From sequence record MN642089.1: a DNA stretch of 64,000 nucleotides, one strand, 5' to 3'. The notes under the pieces were generated by a model. It searched no databases. It had not been told where the DNA came from and saw nothing but the letters and a program-made list of their open reading frames with translations. The DNA comes from Klebsiella phage N1M2. The position numbers and the translations under genes are program-made. This document shows positions 18,213 to 27,330 of the stretch, in pieces (within the stretch, counting starts at the first letter, position 1; each line of letters starts with the position of its first letter).

Positions 18213-18860
18213 ATGTCACCTAAATTAGTATTGGCGTTCGACATGGACGACACTCTTGTAGATACTTATGGTTTTATTTACAACCACATGTTGCAGTTCT
18301 ATACTGACCGTGGTATGGAAACCGAATTAAATTATATCATGGATATGCACGCCAAAGGTTTTAGTAGCTTAAGCTGGCGTAAAGATGAATCTGACGATGT
18401 GTTCTATCAGATCATCAAGAAACATACTTATATGGTTGATGCTAAACCAACCATGTTGCTCTCCAATGACTTCATCTCTATCTGTAATCGACTGATTGAA
18501 AGATATAAAGATGACGTTCAGTTTGTTATTTGTACACATCGTGGTTTTACAAGCCATGGGCAACCATTAACTGAAGAGTGGTTAGAGAAGTTTGAAGTCG
18601 ATCATATCTTCAAAACTGTTCATGCCCTGGATCGTAAAGAACATGCTAACAAAGTAGCGTTCTTGAAAGAACAATATCCTGGGTCTGAAATCCGTTTAGT
18701 TGACGATAACCCAATGCATGATGGTGAAACTGTTCATCCTTATATGCCTGAGTTAGTTATCTATGATAAGATTACTGCGTTACCGGGTTATGCTAATCAG
18801 CGTAAGTGGACCGGTAATCTTTCTTTCTTTAATATGTGCTACCAAATCCTTAAGGACTAA
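18213..18860 (+). CDS. HAD-superfamily phosphatase, probable 5'(3')-deoxyribonucleotidase
   Basis: HAD motif I LVLAFDMDDTLVD; ATG 18213 with GGAG SD (six-frame ORF starts at TTG 18198). Confidence 0.6.
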   Translation: MSPKLVLAFDMDDTLVDTYGFIYNHMLQFYTDRGMETELNYIMDMHAKGFSSLSWRKDESDDVFYQIIKKHTYMVDAKPTMLLSNDFISICNRLIERYKDDVQFVICTHRGFTSHGQPLTEEWLEKFEVDHIFKTVHALDRKEHANKVAFLKEQYPGSEIRLVDDNPMHDGETVHPYMPELVIYDKITALPGYANQRKWTGNLSFFNMCYQILKD

Positions 18861-18862
18861 TC

Positions 18863-19486
18863 ATGAATATTTCTACTACTTCTAAACTTTCTTCATTCAT
18901 CCACTATACCACTTACTCTATGATCGTTGCTGTTGACGAAGCGGGTGGTATCGGCATTGATAATAAATTACCTTGGCCTAAGTGCAAGGAAGATATGCAG
19001 TGGTTCCGTTCTCAGACTTTGGGTAAAATCATCGTCATGGGTCGTAAGACTTTTGAATCGATCGGATCCAAACCTCTCCCTGGTCGTATCAACATTGTTA
19101 TTGGTTCCAAACTGGAACCAGAAGTAGCTCGTACTTTTAATAAAGAAAATGAAGGTAACAAAGACGCAGGGTATCTGATGTTTGTTCCTTCTGTTTCTAA
19201 AGCTAAAGAAATGATTTCAATGACCGCTGGTACACTTCACAATGGTGGTGAAGTAATGGTCATCGGTGGTGCTTCCATTTATGAGGCATTCTGGAACGAC
19301 ATTGGTCGAGTCTACCTTACTACTTTCAAGGATACCTTTAATACTGACGTTAAGATCCACATGAATCTAAATCAATTTGAATTGGTTTATCGAGATGACC
19401 GTTCAGTGTTGGGTCCTAAGTTTGAAATCTATGATGCTCAACAAACCTTCCGTGTTGAACGTAAAGACACTTCCCGTTTTGCTTAA
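18863..19486 (+). CDS. folA: dihydrofolate reductase
   Basis: MIVAVDEAGGIGIDNKLPW...MGRKTFESIG..PLPGRINIVI typical DHFR N-terminal signature. Confidence 0.85.
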   Translation: MNISTTSKLSSFIHYTTYSMIVAVDEAGGIGIDNKLPWPKCKEDMQWFRSQTLGKIIVMGRKTFESIGSKPLPGRINIVIGSKLEPEVARTFNKENEGNKDAGYLMFVPSVSKAKEMISMTAGTLHNGGEVMVIGGASIYEAFWNDIGRVYLTTFKDTFNTDVKIHMNLNQFELVYRDDRSVLGPKFEIYDAQQTFRVERKDTSRFA

Positions 19487-19502
19487 TTGAGAGATAAAGT
19501 AA

Positions 19503-19757
19503 ATGTTTAAGATTCCGGCTGATATGATCGGTAAAGTTCGTGTTGGTGAAACTTTGGTTATTACCAAAATTGGTCATGGTAAAGCTTCTATCTGTGGAGA
19601 ACATGTGGTAGTTGAAGTTCCATCCAAAGATCGTAAATTGGGTGAACGGTTCTTTGCTACTGGTGATAACCGTTTAGTTAAACGACTAAGTTTGACTAAT
19701 GTCGTTTCAACCTGTAAAGAAACTCAGATTGTCTTTAAAGGCAAACGTATACAATAA
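19503..19757 (+). CDS. hypothetical protein
   Basis: ORF. Confidence 0.45.
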   Translation: MFKIPADMIGKVRVGETLVITKIGHGKASICGEHVVVEVPSKDRKLGERFFATGDNRLVKRLSLTNVVSTCKETQIVFKGKRIQ

Positions 19758-19766
19758 CAACTAATA

Positions 19767-19790
19767 AAGGGGATGGGTAACTATCCCCTT
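19767..19790 (+). terminator. hairpin AAGGGGAT-gggtaact-ATCCCCTT
   Basis: 8-bp stem after stop. Confidence 0.45.
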
Positions 19791-19802
19791 AGGAGTAATG
19801 TC

Positions 19803-19940
19803 GTGCATTTCTTATTAGAGCTATTAGCACTATTCGTAGGTGCTATCGTTATGGGGTTCGTATCTTTCTTAGGGTATGAAGCATTTAAGTACTTGAAAAC
19901 CCGTGCGGTAAAATTTTTCAAACAGATATTATCTAAGTAG
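19803..19940 (+). CDS. small hypothetical membrane protein (45 aa, GTG start after AGGAG)
   Basis: hydrophobic ORF below size cut-off; promoter motif copy overlaps its 3' end. Confidence 0.25.
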   Translation: MHFLLELLALFVGAIVMGFVSFLGYEAFKYLKTRAVKFFKQILSK

Positions 19941-19945
19941 TAAAG
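19917..19945 (+). promoter_or_regulatory. promoter-like motif copy (TTCAAACAGATATTATCTAAGTAGTAAAG)
   Basis: family consensus upstream of ClpP-like gene. Confidence 0.45.
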
Positions 19946-19958
19946 TAGAAATAATAAA

Positions 19959-20618
19959 TTGGAGATGATGATGTCTGAACAAATAACTGCGTTAGATTCT
20001 AGAGAAGTTTATCCAATGGAAATCATTGGGGTGATCTCAGAACAATCTAATCCAGCAATCATGGCTAAGATTCGTGGGAACACTAAACGCTTACCGTATC
20101 ACATCTATACCAGTGGTCCAGGTGGTAATGTGGCAGCTGGGTTCGCGATAATGGACATATTAGGATCCATGGATGTGAATGTAGTTTATTTCATCCAGGG
20201 TTTCTGCGCATCGATGAATGCGTGCTTTGTTCAGGATCGTGATTTCCTGAGATTGTGCTATCCGCATACTCGATTCATGTTCCACAGTTCGATGTTGAAG
20301 TTAGAGGGGAATGAGGAAACTATCGATAACCTCTACAAGAACCTTAAGCTTTATGATTCTGAAATTATTCAGGTCGTGGCTGATGGTGTCGGAATGGAAT
20401 TCAAAGAAGCTAAACGGAAACTGTTCACCTATGATAAATTCTTTATGGGTAAGGATTTATTAAAGCTGGGCGAAAACGGTGCTGTAGATGGCATCATTCA
20501 AACTGATCTGGGTGACCATAAATATCTGTGTGAAACTCGCGATGGATTGAAAGTGATCGATACTTACATTCATCAACGTTCAGACATTAAAGAACTTCCA
20601 CTGTGGGTGAAATCGTGA
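19959..20618 (+). CDS. ClpP-family serine peptidase homolog (Ser-His-Asp triad conserved)
   Basis: IYTSGPGGNVAAGFAIMD, GFCASMNAC (Ser), RLCYPHTRFMFH (His), YDKFFMG (Asp) align with E. coli ClpP INSPGGVITAG / GQAASMGA / RFCLPNSRVMIHQP / RDRFLSA. Confidence 0.75.
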   Translation: MEMMMSEQITALDSREVYPMEIIGVISEQSNPAIMAKIRGNTKRLPYHIYTSGPGGNVAAGFAIMDILGSMDVNVVYFIQGFCASMNACFVQDRDFLRLCYPHTRFMFHSSMLKLEGNEETIDNLYKNLKLYDSEIIQVVADGVGMEFKEAKRKLFTYDKFFMGKDLLKLGENGAVDGIIQTDLGDHKYLCETRDGLKVIDTYIHQRSDIKELPLWVKS

Positions 20619-21037
20619 ATCAGTTACTATGGATATTCTTGGGTATGGGTTGTGGGATCTATATCTTAATAGGTCTCTGGGTATTAGGTAATTACTTCTG
20701 GTGCTTCGGGACGGCACAGAGTAATCCAACCACTAAAATTAAATTCATTAACACCCTTATCTCCATTGGTCTAATTCTGCTATGGCCATTCTTTTATCTG
20801 TGGTTAGGGTGTGTGATCATTTATGACTATATCCAACACCTCAAGACTAAGAAAAAGAAAGTTCGTCTTTATACTTGCATAGGTAAGGGCGGTCGTTATA
20901 AATGTTACGGAGAAACTATTGGAGCAGGTACATCCAAAGGTGAGTCCGTGGTTATCTATCAAGACATAGATAGCAAGAAACTATTCCATCGTACCAGAGA
21001 TGACTTTGATAAACGCATGAAGCTGCTTGATAAGTAA
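20603..21037 (+). CDS. hypothetical membrane protein
   Basis: N-terminal TM segments. Confidence 0.45.
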   Translation: MGEIVNQLLWIFLGMGCGIYILIGLWVLGNYFWCFGTAQSNPTTKIKFINTLISIGLILLWPFFYLWLGCVIIYDYIQHLKTKKKKVRLYTCIGKGGRYKCYGETIGAGTSKGESVVIYQDIDSKKLFHRTRDDFDKRMKLLDK

Positions 21038-21085
21038 TCTGTAATAAACCAACCTCACTAACTTTAGAAAATAGGAATCAAGAAT

Positions 21086-22645
21086 ATGTCTTCCATCCTG
21101 ACTGAACAAACCTTCACCAATGCATCTGAAACTCGCCAGATCGTAGACGAAGTAATGAACAATGCATTTGAATCTGTATGTTCTACCATGGGACCGAATG
21201 GTCGTTATGTTGTAATCAATCAGCTGAATAAACCGAAGGTCACCAAAGATGGCGTGAGTGTAGCGAAAGCTCTGGATTTCGGTGAAGCTCGTCGTAACCT
21301 GATCGCTCAGATCATCACGGAGCCGTCAATCAAAACCGATAACGAAGTTGGTGATGGCACAACTACAACTGTGTTTATGACCAACCACCTGTATCGTGCA
21401 TTTGGTTCGCGCATGACTTTCCGTAATGTTCGTTATGTTGATAGCCTGATTCAACAAGTCCATGATTATATCGGGACATTGATTATCCCTGGTAATCTTC
21501 ACAGTGAAGAATTCCGTAACATGTTGATGACTTCTTCGAACTATGAAGAAGAGATTGTCGATAAAGTTCTGGAGATCTTCAAGTCTAACCAGAATCCAAA
21601 TATCACGCTGCAAAATACTCCGGCGCTTCCTAAGGATGAGATCGAGTTCACTAAAGAAATTAAATTCGATGGTGAATATGGTCAGAACAGTTATGCTCCG
21701 GCAAGTGGCGTTACTGTGGTCCCTACCGATAAAGCATATGTGGTGGTGGTTGATGGTAATGTACGCAGTATCCCTGCAGAGTTCCTTAGTCGTATGGCCT
21801 TTAAAGCTACTCAACATGCGGTCATTCTGATTGCTCGTAACTTTGATCCATCGGCAATGGCACAGATCAATAACGAGAACCAACGACTGGGTATTATGAA
21901 GTTCATCCCATATAAGGTTGCAGCGGCAGGTTCTTTGGGTACTGATACCATGAATGACCTGGGTAAGATTCTGGGACTGAGTCCAGTATTTGAACTGGGA
22001 AGTTATGATTATGATCGTGCTGTTACCAACCAGTTCGATATGTATCTGACAACCTCTGGTCTGCAGTTCGATAAAGACAATGCTGAGATGGAAGCCATCA
22101 CTGACGAGATCTTAGAAGGTCTGGATGTTCGTTGGGAAGCGCTCTCTATCGTAGAACGTCAAACTCCTGTCGGTCTGGCATTGGCACGTCGTATTGCTCG
22201 ACTGCGTGCAAACAACATTATCCTGAAAGTAACTGGGGTAACTCCAAGTGATGCAACTGAACGTTATTATCGCTATGAAGACGTTGTTAAAGCAGCGAAG
22301 ACTGGTTTGCAGTTTGGTGTGATTCCTGGTATTGGTTATGGCTATCTGATGGCATCTAACGTCATTGCTGCCTTGCCTGAACAATCTGATGAGGAGCTTG
22401 AGATCTGTCGTAAGAACTTGATCCAGGTATTATGTGCTCAATATGAACACTTAACTGGTCATGATTATACTGGCGGAACTCCTACCTTTATCGATCTGGT
22501 AACTGGGGAAGAATCTGATACACCTATGAATGTATTTGATAATGCCGCGGCTACTATGATTGCTCTTAAAGGTGCTTGGCAAACTGCCAAGACTTTGGGC
22601 AAGATCAGTAATGTAATGGGCCGTTCTAATAAGTCTTATGCATAA
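21086..22645 (+). CDS. GroEL-like (group I) chaperonin homolog
   Basis: GPNGRYVVINQ..PKVTKDGVSVAKALDF and GDGTTTTVFMT match GroEL GPKGRNVVLDK..PTITKDGVSVAREIEL and AGDGTTTATVLA; 519 aa; no GGM tail. Confidence 0.75.
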   Translation: MSSILTEQTFTNASETRQIVDEVMNNAFESVCSTMGPNGRYVVINQLNKPKVTKDGVSVAKALDFGEARRNLIAQIITEPSIKTDNEVGDGTTTTVFMTNHLYRAFGSRMTFRNVRYVDSLIQQVHDYIGTLIIPGNLHSEEFRNMLMTSSNYEEEIVDKVLEIFKSNQNPNITLQNTPALPKDEIEFTKEIKFDGEYGQNSYAPASGVTVVPTDKAYVVVVDGNVRSIPAEFLSRMAFKATQHAVILIARNFDPSAMAQINNENQRLGIMKFIPYKVAAAGSLGTDTMNDLGKILGLSPVFELGSYDYDRAVTNQFDMYLTTSGLQFDKDNAEMEAITDEILEGLDVRWEALSIVERQTPVGLALARRIARLRANNIILKVTGVTPSDATERYYRYEDVVKAAKTGLQFGVIPGIGYGYLMASNVIAALPEQSDEELEICRKNLIQVLCAQYEHLTGHDYTGGTPTFIDLVTGEESDTPMNVFDNAAATMIALKGAWQTAKTLGKISNVMGRSNKSYA

Positions 22646-22653
22646 CTAAGATC

Positions 22654-22677
22654 GAGCTGAGGGTAACACCTCAGCTC
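22654..22677 (+). terminator. hairpin GAGCTGAGG-gtaaca-CCTCAGCTC
   Basis: 9-bp perfect stem after stop. Confidence 0.6.
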
Positions 22678-22709
22678 GCTTAGACTCATTCTCCTTATTT
22701 TTTTTTCTT

Positions 22710-22955
22710 ATGAACAAATTAATTAAAGAAGAGTTAAAGAAACATTTAGAAAGTGGTGATTTCTGTGTAACCGTTTGTATTGGTGAAACGACCTTTCTAT
22801 GTTTTCCTTTATTACACTCTGTAGATATCTATAGGCTAGAAGGGAATCATCTAACCCACCATGAAAAGGAAATCAGCCCTGATCTCGATATAGATGAGAT
22901 AGAAACTTATTGCATCTATATAGAAGAACGGTGTCTAGCTGATAACAATAAGTAG
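22710..22955 (+). CDS. hypothetical protein
   Basis: ORF. Confidence 0.4.
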   Translation: MNKLIKEELKKHLESGDFCVTVCIGETTFLCFPLLHSVDIYRLEGNHLTHHEKEISPDLDIDEIETYCIYIEERCLADNNK

Positions 22956-23005
22956 GAGATTTATCTCCCCTATAGTGGCTCTTTGATTTTCAGGAAGTAT
23001 GGAAT

Positions 23006-23287
23006 ATGATACTGAAAAGAATTACCACTGCGAAGGGCGAAGGTAGAAAACAATTAGTTAATTTAGACAACATGCTTGCAATTGCCTTTATGATAATTGT
23101 TTTAACTTATGCGCTATGCATTGACTATTATGTCTTTGCCTACTTTACTATGGGTTTGGTTGTGGGTCGCGTCGGAGAAATAATTTTTGAAGTGAAGCAC
23201 AATTTATTTGATAAACCTTTTTTACATTGCCTAGTACTTTTAGGGATTCCGGTTCAGTTAGCTTGGAATCACTTTATGCATAGTTAA
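23006..23287 (+). CDS. hypothetical membrane protein
   Basis: ORF, TM segments. Confidence 0.4.
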   Translation: MILKRITTAKGEGRKQLVNLDNMLAIAFMIIVLTYALCIDYYVFAYFTMGLVVGRVGEIIFEVKHNLFDKPFLHCLVLLGIPVQLAWNHFMHS

Positions 23288-23303
23288 CGGAGTTAAAAAC
23301 ACA

Positions 23304-23888
23304 ATGTCCAGTTTGTACTTTTACCACAGTTCAATGAATGCGGGTAAATCAACAACATTGCTACAAGCCAACTACAACTATCATGAGCGCGGGATGAAGA
23401 CTCTTGTTCTTAAGCCAGCTATTGATACTCGTGAAGGCAAAGCTGTAATACGTTCACGTATCGGGCTTGAAGCTGAATGTGTCATGTTCGAAAAACATGA
23501 TAACCTATTCTGGGTCATCCAAAGCCTGATTGGATTAAAACCAAATCCACATTGCATTCTTATTGATGAAGCACAATTCCTAACCAAAGAGCAGGTCATT
23601 CAACTTTCAGAGATTGTTGATCAACTCGATGTTCCGGTATTGTGTTATGGGCTGCGGTCTGATTTCCAAGGGAACTTATTCCCAGGGTCGGCTGCGTTGT
23701 TTGCTTTAGCTGATAAACTCGAACGTGTCAAAACGATTTGTTGGTGTGGTAGAAGTGCTCACATGGTTTTGCGTCTTGACTCTGAAGGGAAAGTGGTACG
23801 TGAAGGTCAGCAAGTGGATGTAGGTGGGAATGATAAATACATTTCGGTTTGCCGCAAACACTTTAAGTCTGGTCAAACTCACGCTTGA
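23304..23888 (+). CDS. tdk: thymidine kinase
   Basis: LYFYHSSMNAGKSTTLLQANYNYHERGMKT (P-loop), LIDEAQFL, VLCYGLRSDFQGNLFPGS, CWCGRSAHMVLRLD, YISVCRKH closely parallel E. coli Tdk. Confidence 0.9.
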   Translation: MSSLYFYHSSMNAGKSTTLLQANYNYHERGMKTLVLKPAIDTREGKAVIRSRIGLEAECVMFEKHDNLFWVIQSLIGLKPNPHCILIDEAQFLTKEQVIQLSEIVDQLDVPVLCYGLRSDFQGNLFPGSAALFALADKLERVKTICWCGRSAHMVLRLDSEGKVVREGQQVDVGGNDKYISVCRKHFKSGQTHA

Positions 23889-23905
23889 TTTTAGTTGTAT
23901 CTTAT

Positions 23906-23937
23906 TTCAGACATATATCATTTAAGTGAATATGAAC
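23906..23937 (+). promoter_or_regulatory. promoter-like motif copy (TTCAGACATATATCATTTAAGTGAATATGAAC) with TATAG box
   Basis: near-duplicate of 17695 block. Confidence 0.55.
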
Positions 23938-23978
23938 AATAAAGTTCTTATACCTTAACTAATATAGAGAGAAATATC

Positions 23979-24326
23979 ATGACTACTATCAACGAAAACA
24001 TCATCAAACAAATGGACGCCATCCTGGACAATAAAGATCTGCCTAAAGAAGGTGATTACGTTAATCGTCATCGTAACATGATCGGTGCTTTGGCTGGCGC
24101 AGCAGTTGCTGTAGGTTTGGAAGTGGTTAGTCCAACTGGTTCTAAAACTTCTGCAGTAGTTGCAGCAGCGGTAAGCCTTGGTGCTACCTATGCAGCACGC
24201 AACATCATTGAGGCAGCTCCTCAGTCTAACATTACTGCAGCAACTGTAGCTGCCGGTACTTGTTATGCAGGGATGGTTGGTGGTCGTATTGCCGCTTGTT
24301 ATTTCCCAGGTAATGTAGGCGAATAA
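23979..24326 (+). CDS. hypothetical Ala/Gly-rich protein
   Basis: ORF behind conserved leader. Confidence 0.5.
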   Translation: MTTINENIIKQMDAILDNKDLPKEGDYVNRHRNMIGALAGAAVAVGLEVVSPTGSKTSAVVAAAVSLGATYAARNIIEAAPQSNITAATVAAGTCYAGMVGGRIAACYFPGNVGE

Positions 24327-24333
24327 GTAAACT

Positions 24334-24355
24334 CAGGCTACCTTCGGGTAGCCTG
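24334..24355 (+). terminator. hairpin CAGGCTACC-TTCG-GGTAGCCTG
   Basis: 9-bp perfect stem, TTCG loop. Confidence 0.6.
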
Positions 24356-24386
24356 TTATTCGGTTCTTATTTTTTTTGGTGAGAAT

Positions 24387-24677
24387 ATGATATCTTGTCG
24401 AAAATGCCTAGCATTAGCACTATTGTTTTCTATTGGGTTCTGTGCCATCGTTGTAGCTTGTTTGGCTAAAACACAATACTCGGCAACAGACCTTCTTATT
24501 CATTGCACCAATATTAACAAAGGAAATATACTTCCGTATCCCTCTGGTTGTGCGAGGCCCGTAGAGGTCATCGATAATGTTTTTACTTTTGTTAATGCTC
24601 AGGGTGCTTTAGAAACTTACGTTATAATAAGTAAGCGGGATGGGACATTTCAGTATTATGAAGTCAACCATTCTTGA
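24387..24677 (+). CDS. small hypothetical secreted/membrane protein
   Basis: N-terminal hydrophobic segment. Confidence 0.4.
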   Translation: MISCRKCLALALLFSIGFCAIVVACLAKTQYSATDLLIHCTNINKGNILPYPSGCARPVEVIDNVFTFVNAQGALETYVIISKRDGTFQYYEVNHS

Positions 24678-24763
24678 TATCCTATGAAAGTAATTGACTA
24701 AACTCTCACTTCACTATGAAGATGAGAGAATGGTTTTGTTTCATCAACATGGAATTTAAATAA

Positions 24764-25486
24764 ATGCAACAGACTCCTAGCCCTTGGCAGTACCTGCTCG
24801 ATATCGTTATCAAATCCAAACTGGCAGCTGCTGCCGCCAGCAAAGATCCTGCTTTCCGTGCACGCCAAGAAAAATACTATACCGATCTTAAAGAAGATCA
24901 GTGTGAGTTTTCTACCCCTGTACGTAAAGGCGATAATTGGTACGTTACCATCACTTGTCGTGAACGCGGTTTCCAGTTGGTAGACCTGCCTTATAAAACT
25001 GGCGCATTGTTCCCTATGGTCAAACCAATGGCCAACTATGTCCTGGAACCATCGTCTATCGCTATCAACACCATGACCGGTCTGTACTACGTCATGTCTA
25101 ACGAGCACCTGCATCTGCAAGTTCACCCTCAGTCTAATATCTGGGAAGCTCTCAAGATGACTGGTTATGAGTTTGCTCCTAAGCACTTTGTTACCAATAT
25201 GTATGAGCAGCGTAATGAAGAATTGGCAGCAGATGGTCATATCGACATTAACCATAGTGTTGTCACTGGTCGTATCTATATCTCTTATCTGCAGAAGCAA
25301 GCAGAAAAGGTAGAAGATCCTAAAACTGAAATCCCGGTAGAACCTCCGGTTGAAACTGTAGAAAAAGATCTTCCTCCAGTTGAAGAAACTGAGAAAGAAA
25401 CTGCCGGTGAAGTTGAAGAAGAAAAACAGGAAGAAGTTGCCAAGCCTGTAACTTTTAATAAACAGCAGAACTTCAAAAAGAAATAA
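24764..25486 (+). CDS. hypothetical protein with acidic PVE/EET-rich C-terminal region
   Basis: ORF; low-complexity acidic tail. Confidence 0.55.
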   Translation: MQQTPSPWQYLLDIVIKSKLAAAAASKDPAFRARQEKYYTDLKEDQCEFSTPVRKGDNWYVTITCRERGFQLVDLPYKTGALFPMVKPMANYVLEPSSIAINTMTGLYYVMSNEHLHLQVHPQSNIWEALKMTGYEFAPKHFVTNMYEQRNEELAADGHIDINHSVVTGRIYISYLQKQAEKVEDPKTEIPVEPPVETVEKDLPPVEETEKETAGEVEEEKQEEVAKPVTFNKQQNFKKK

Positions 25487-25498
25487 TCTAAAATAATT

Positions 25499-25529
25499 TA
25501 TCTAGAGCGGGGGAAACCCTGCTCTAGAT
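25499..25529 (+). terminator. hairpin ATCTAGAGCGGG-ggaaac-CCTGCTCTAGAT
   Basis: seen in sequence after stop. Confidence 0.55.
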
Positions 25530-25544
25530 TTATGCTCTATTTTA

Positions 25545-25575
25545 AAACAGATAGATATTATCATAGTGTAAAGGC
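25545..25575 (+). promoter_or_regulatory. promoter-like motif copy (AAACAGATAGATATTATCATAGTGTAAAGGC) with TATAG box at ~25598
   Basis: family consensus. Confidence 0.5.
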
Positions 25576-25616
25576 TTAAATATATTTTTTTACTAATCTA
25601 TAGAAGGAAATTAAAT

Positions 25617-26108
25617 ATGTTCTCTCTGATTAATGCTTGTGGATCTGATATCGAGTACGTTGAAGAATTGATCAAAGCAGTTCGAAAAGAACAACGTGAA
25701 GCCCAGTCGGCTATTCAGTATGAAACCAAATCAGTTTCTGTTAAACTGGTTCATGAATATCAAGTAACCAAAAAGCCACGTTCAGTTGCAAACATTCGTT
25801 ATAACACAGAAGAACGTTTGAGCAATGGTAAAGTGAGTTGTGATTCTTACTTGATTAAATTGGAGGAAGGTGAAACTTATAGCATGGATCCTATCAACGG
25901 TTTGATTGAAGGTATCCTTGAAGCAGTTAATAATGATATCGATATGGCGGCAATGTGCGGCTCTGTATTGGAAGCTGAGGATATCTCTGATCGAGTCCAA
26001 CGCTATATGACATCTGCTTTAGAAGGTGCTTACATCTTTGATGGTGTAAGTGTATCCACTGTGGTTGTTGCTAATCAACCATCTGAAATTATTGTAACGG
26101 TGTGTTAA
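25617..26108 (+). CDS. hypothetical protein
   Basis: ORF. Confidence 0.5.
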   Translation: MFSLINACGSDIEYVEELIKAVRKEQREAQSAIQYETKSVSVKLVHEYQVTKKPRSVANIRYNTEERLSNGKVSCDSYLIKLEEGETYSMDPINGLIEGILEAVNNDIDMAAMCGSVLEAEDISDRVQRYMTSALEGAYIFDGVSVSTVVVANQPSEIIVTVC

Positions 26109-26599
26109 TGCAAATATGGTTAAACCGAGATGGTAAACTCGTTTCAAAACCAACTGTTGCTGGTATCCCTATTCCTAAAGATAAATTACAGGAACCGGTG
26201 AATATCACTAAATTAGGTAACTTGGTTTATGTCTTACGCTTTGACGAGGAGACGGATGCTTATCTCACTATCTTCAGAAAGGACATAAGTCTAACACCAA
26301 GACTCCTTAAACTTCATGGTGTTCAACAACGTGAAGATCCTCAGAAACTCGCTGAGATCGTATTCAGTAAACTACTGTCGTTTGATAACAATCGCTTAGG
26401 TAACCGTGATCGCAATATCGCACTACCTATTGTCAGACCTCTGTGTAGTGAATTCTTCCGCGGTCATATTCAGACCCCTACAAAAATGCTGAACTATTCA
26501 GCTTATAAAACAATGCTGACCTTATTTGACCAAGATGGTAAAGGTGTGCTTCGTGTCAGCTATGTAAAACTTTCTCGTTCAATAAAGGATAGCCTGTAA
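26102..26599 (+). CDS. hypothetical protein
   Basis: ORF. Confidence 0.5.
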   Translation: MLMQIWLNRDGKLVSKPTVAGIPIPKDKLQEPVNITKLGNLVYVLRFDEETDAYLTIFRKDISLTPRLLKLHGVQQREDPQKLAEIVFSKLLSFDNNRLGNRDRNIALPIVRPLCSEFFRGHIQTPTKMLNYSAYKTMLTLFDQDGKGVLRVSYVKLSRSIKDSL

Positions 26600-27303
26600 T
26601 GATTGATATACTCGGTAACGCATTAAAATCTTCTTTGATGGAATGTAACAAAATCGAAAACCCTAATGACTATGCAAAAGAGTTATTAGAAACGATTAAC
26701 CGTTATAAAACCAACATGTTTAAAATGTTGGCTGTAGATACCAAACTGGTTTATGATCCTAAAGAACTGGTACAGATTCGTATCTGTGGTTCTTGGCGTA
26801 TCAGACCTGGGATGGATCGTAAACCTCAATTCCTCGAATCGTCTCCATTCATTCTTCATCTGAATGGTGTGATCCCAGCTATTGGTGAACGTAAGAACCG
26901 GGAATCTTCTTATAACTTGGGTATTGATATCAGTGATATTATTGATGTCGAGAAACTCAACATGCTTAAAACTGATTGGTATACTGGAAGCGTACAGGAA
27001 AACGAAGATGATGAAACTTCTGCTTTTGATATGCCTGGCGTCTATATGTTTGGCGATCGTCAGGCGACTGAGGTAATTGATATTACCCTTCAGTTCAGCG
27101 CTCATGTTTACCATCACGTTGTTTCTGAGTACGAACGTAAATCAGCAGAACGTATGGCTAACGACCCTAAACTGTCTAATGAAGTCCTTCGTAAACGTGC
27201 TGAGCAAAAGGAACGTGCGATGGGTTATGATTTGACTGATGTCTTTAATAAACGTGTTGGGGTAAGTAAGCCGCAATTAAGCGCTGCACAAATGCGTCGT
27301 TAA
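26599..27303 (+). CDS. hypothetical protein
   Basis: ORF, TAATG overlap. Confidence 0.5.
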   Translation: MIDILGNALKSSLMECNKIENPNDYAKELLETINRYKTNMFKMLAVDTKLVYDPKELVQIRICGSWRIRPGMDRKPQFLESSPFILHLNGVIPAIGERKNRESSYNLGIDISDIIDVEKLNMLKTDWYTGSVQENEDDETSAFDMPGVYMFGDRQATEVIDITLQFSAHVYHHVVSEYERKSAERMANDPKLSNEVLRKRAEQKERAMGYDLTDVFNKRVGVSKPQLSAAQMRR

Positions 27304-27330
27304 CTTTCAGCATAGCTGATAGGAATAGAA

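Noticed and set aside
21326-21883. 185-aa ORF antisense to the GroEL-like gene
   Set aside because: It is a shadow ORF; the sense strand carries the conserved chaperonin motifs.
24698-25300. 200-aa ORF on minus strand
   Set aside because: It lies entirely antisense to the better-supported 24764..25486 gene. It has no SD, and its amino-acid composition is typical of an antisense artefact.
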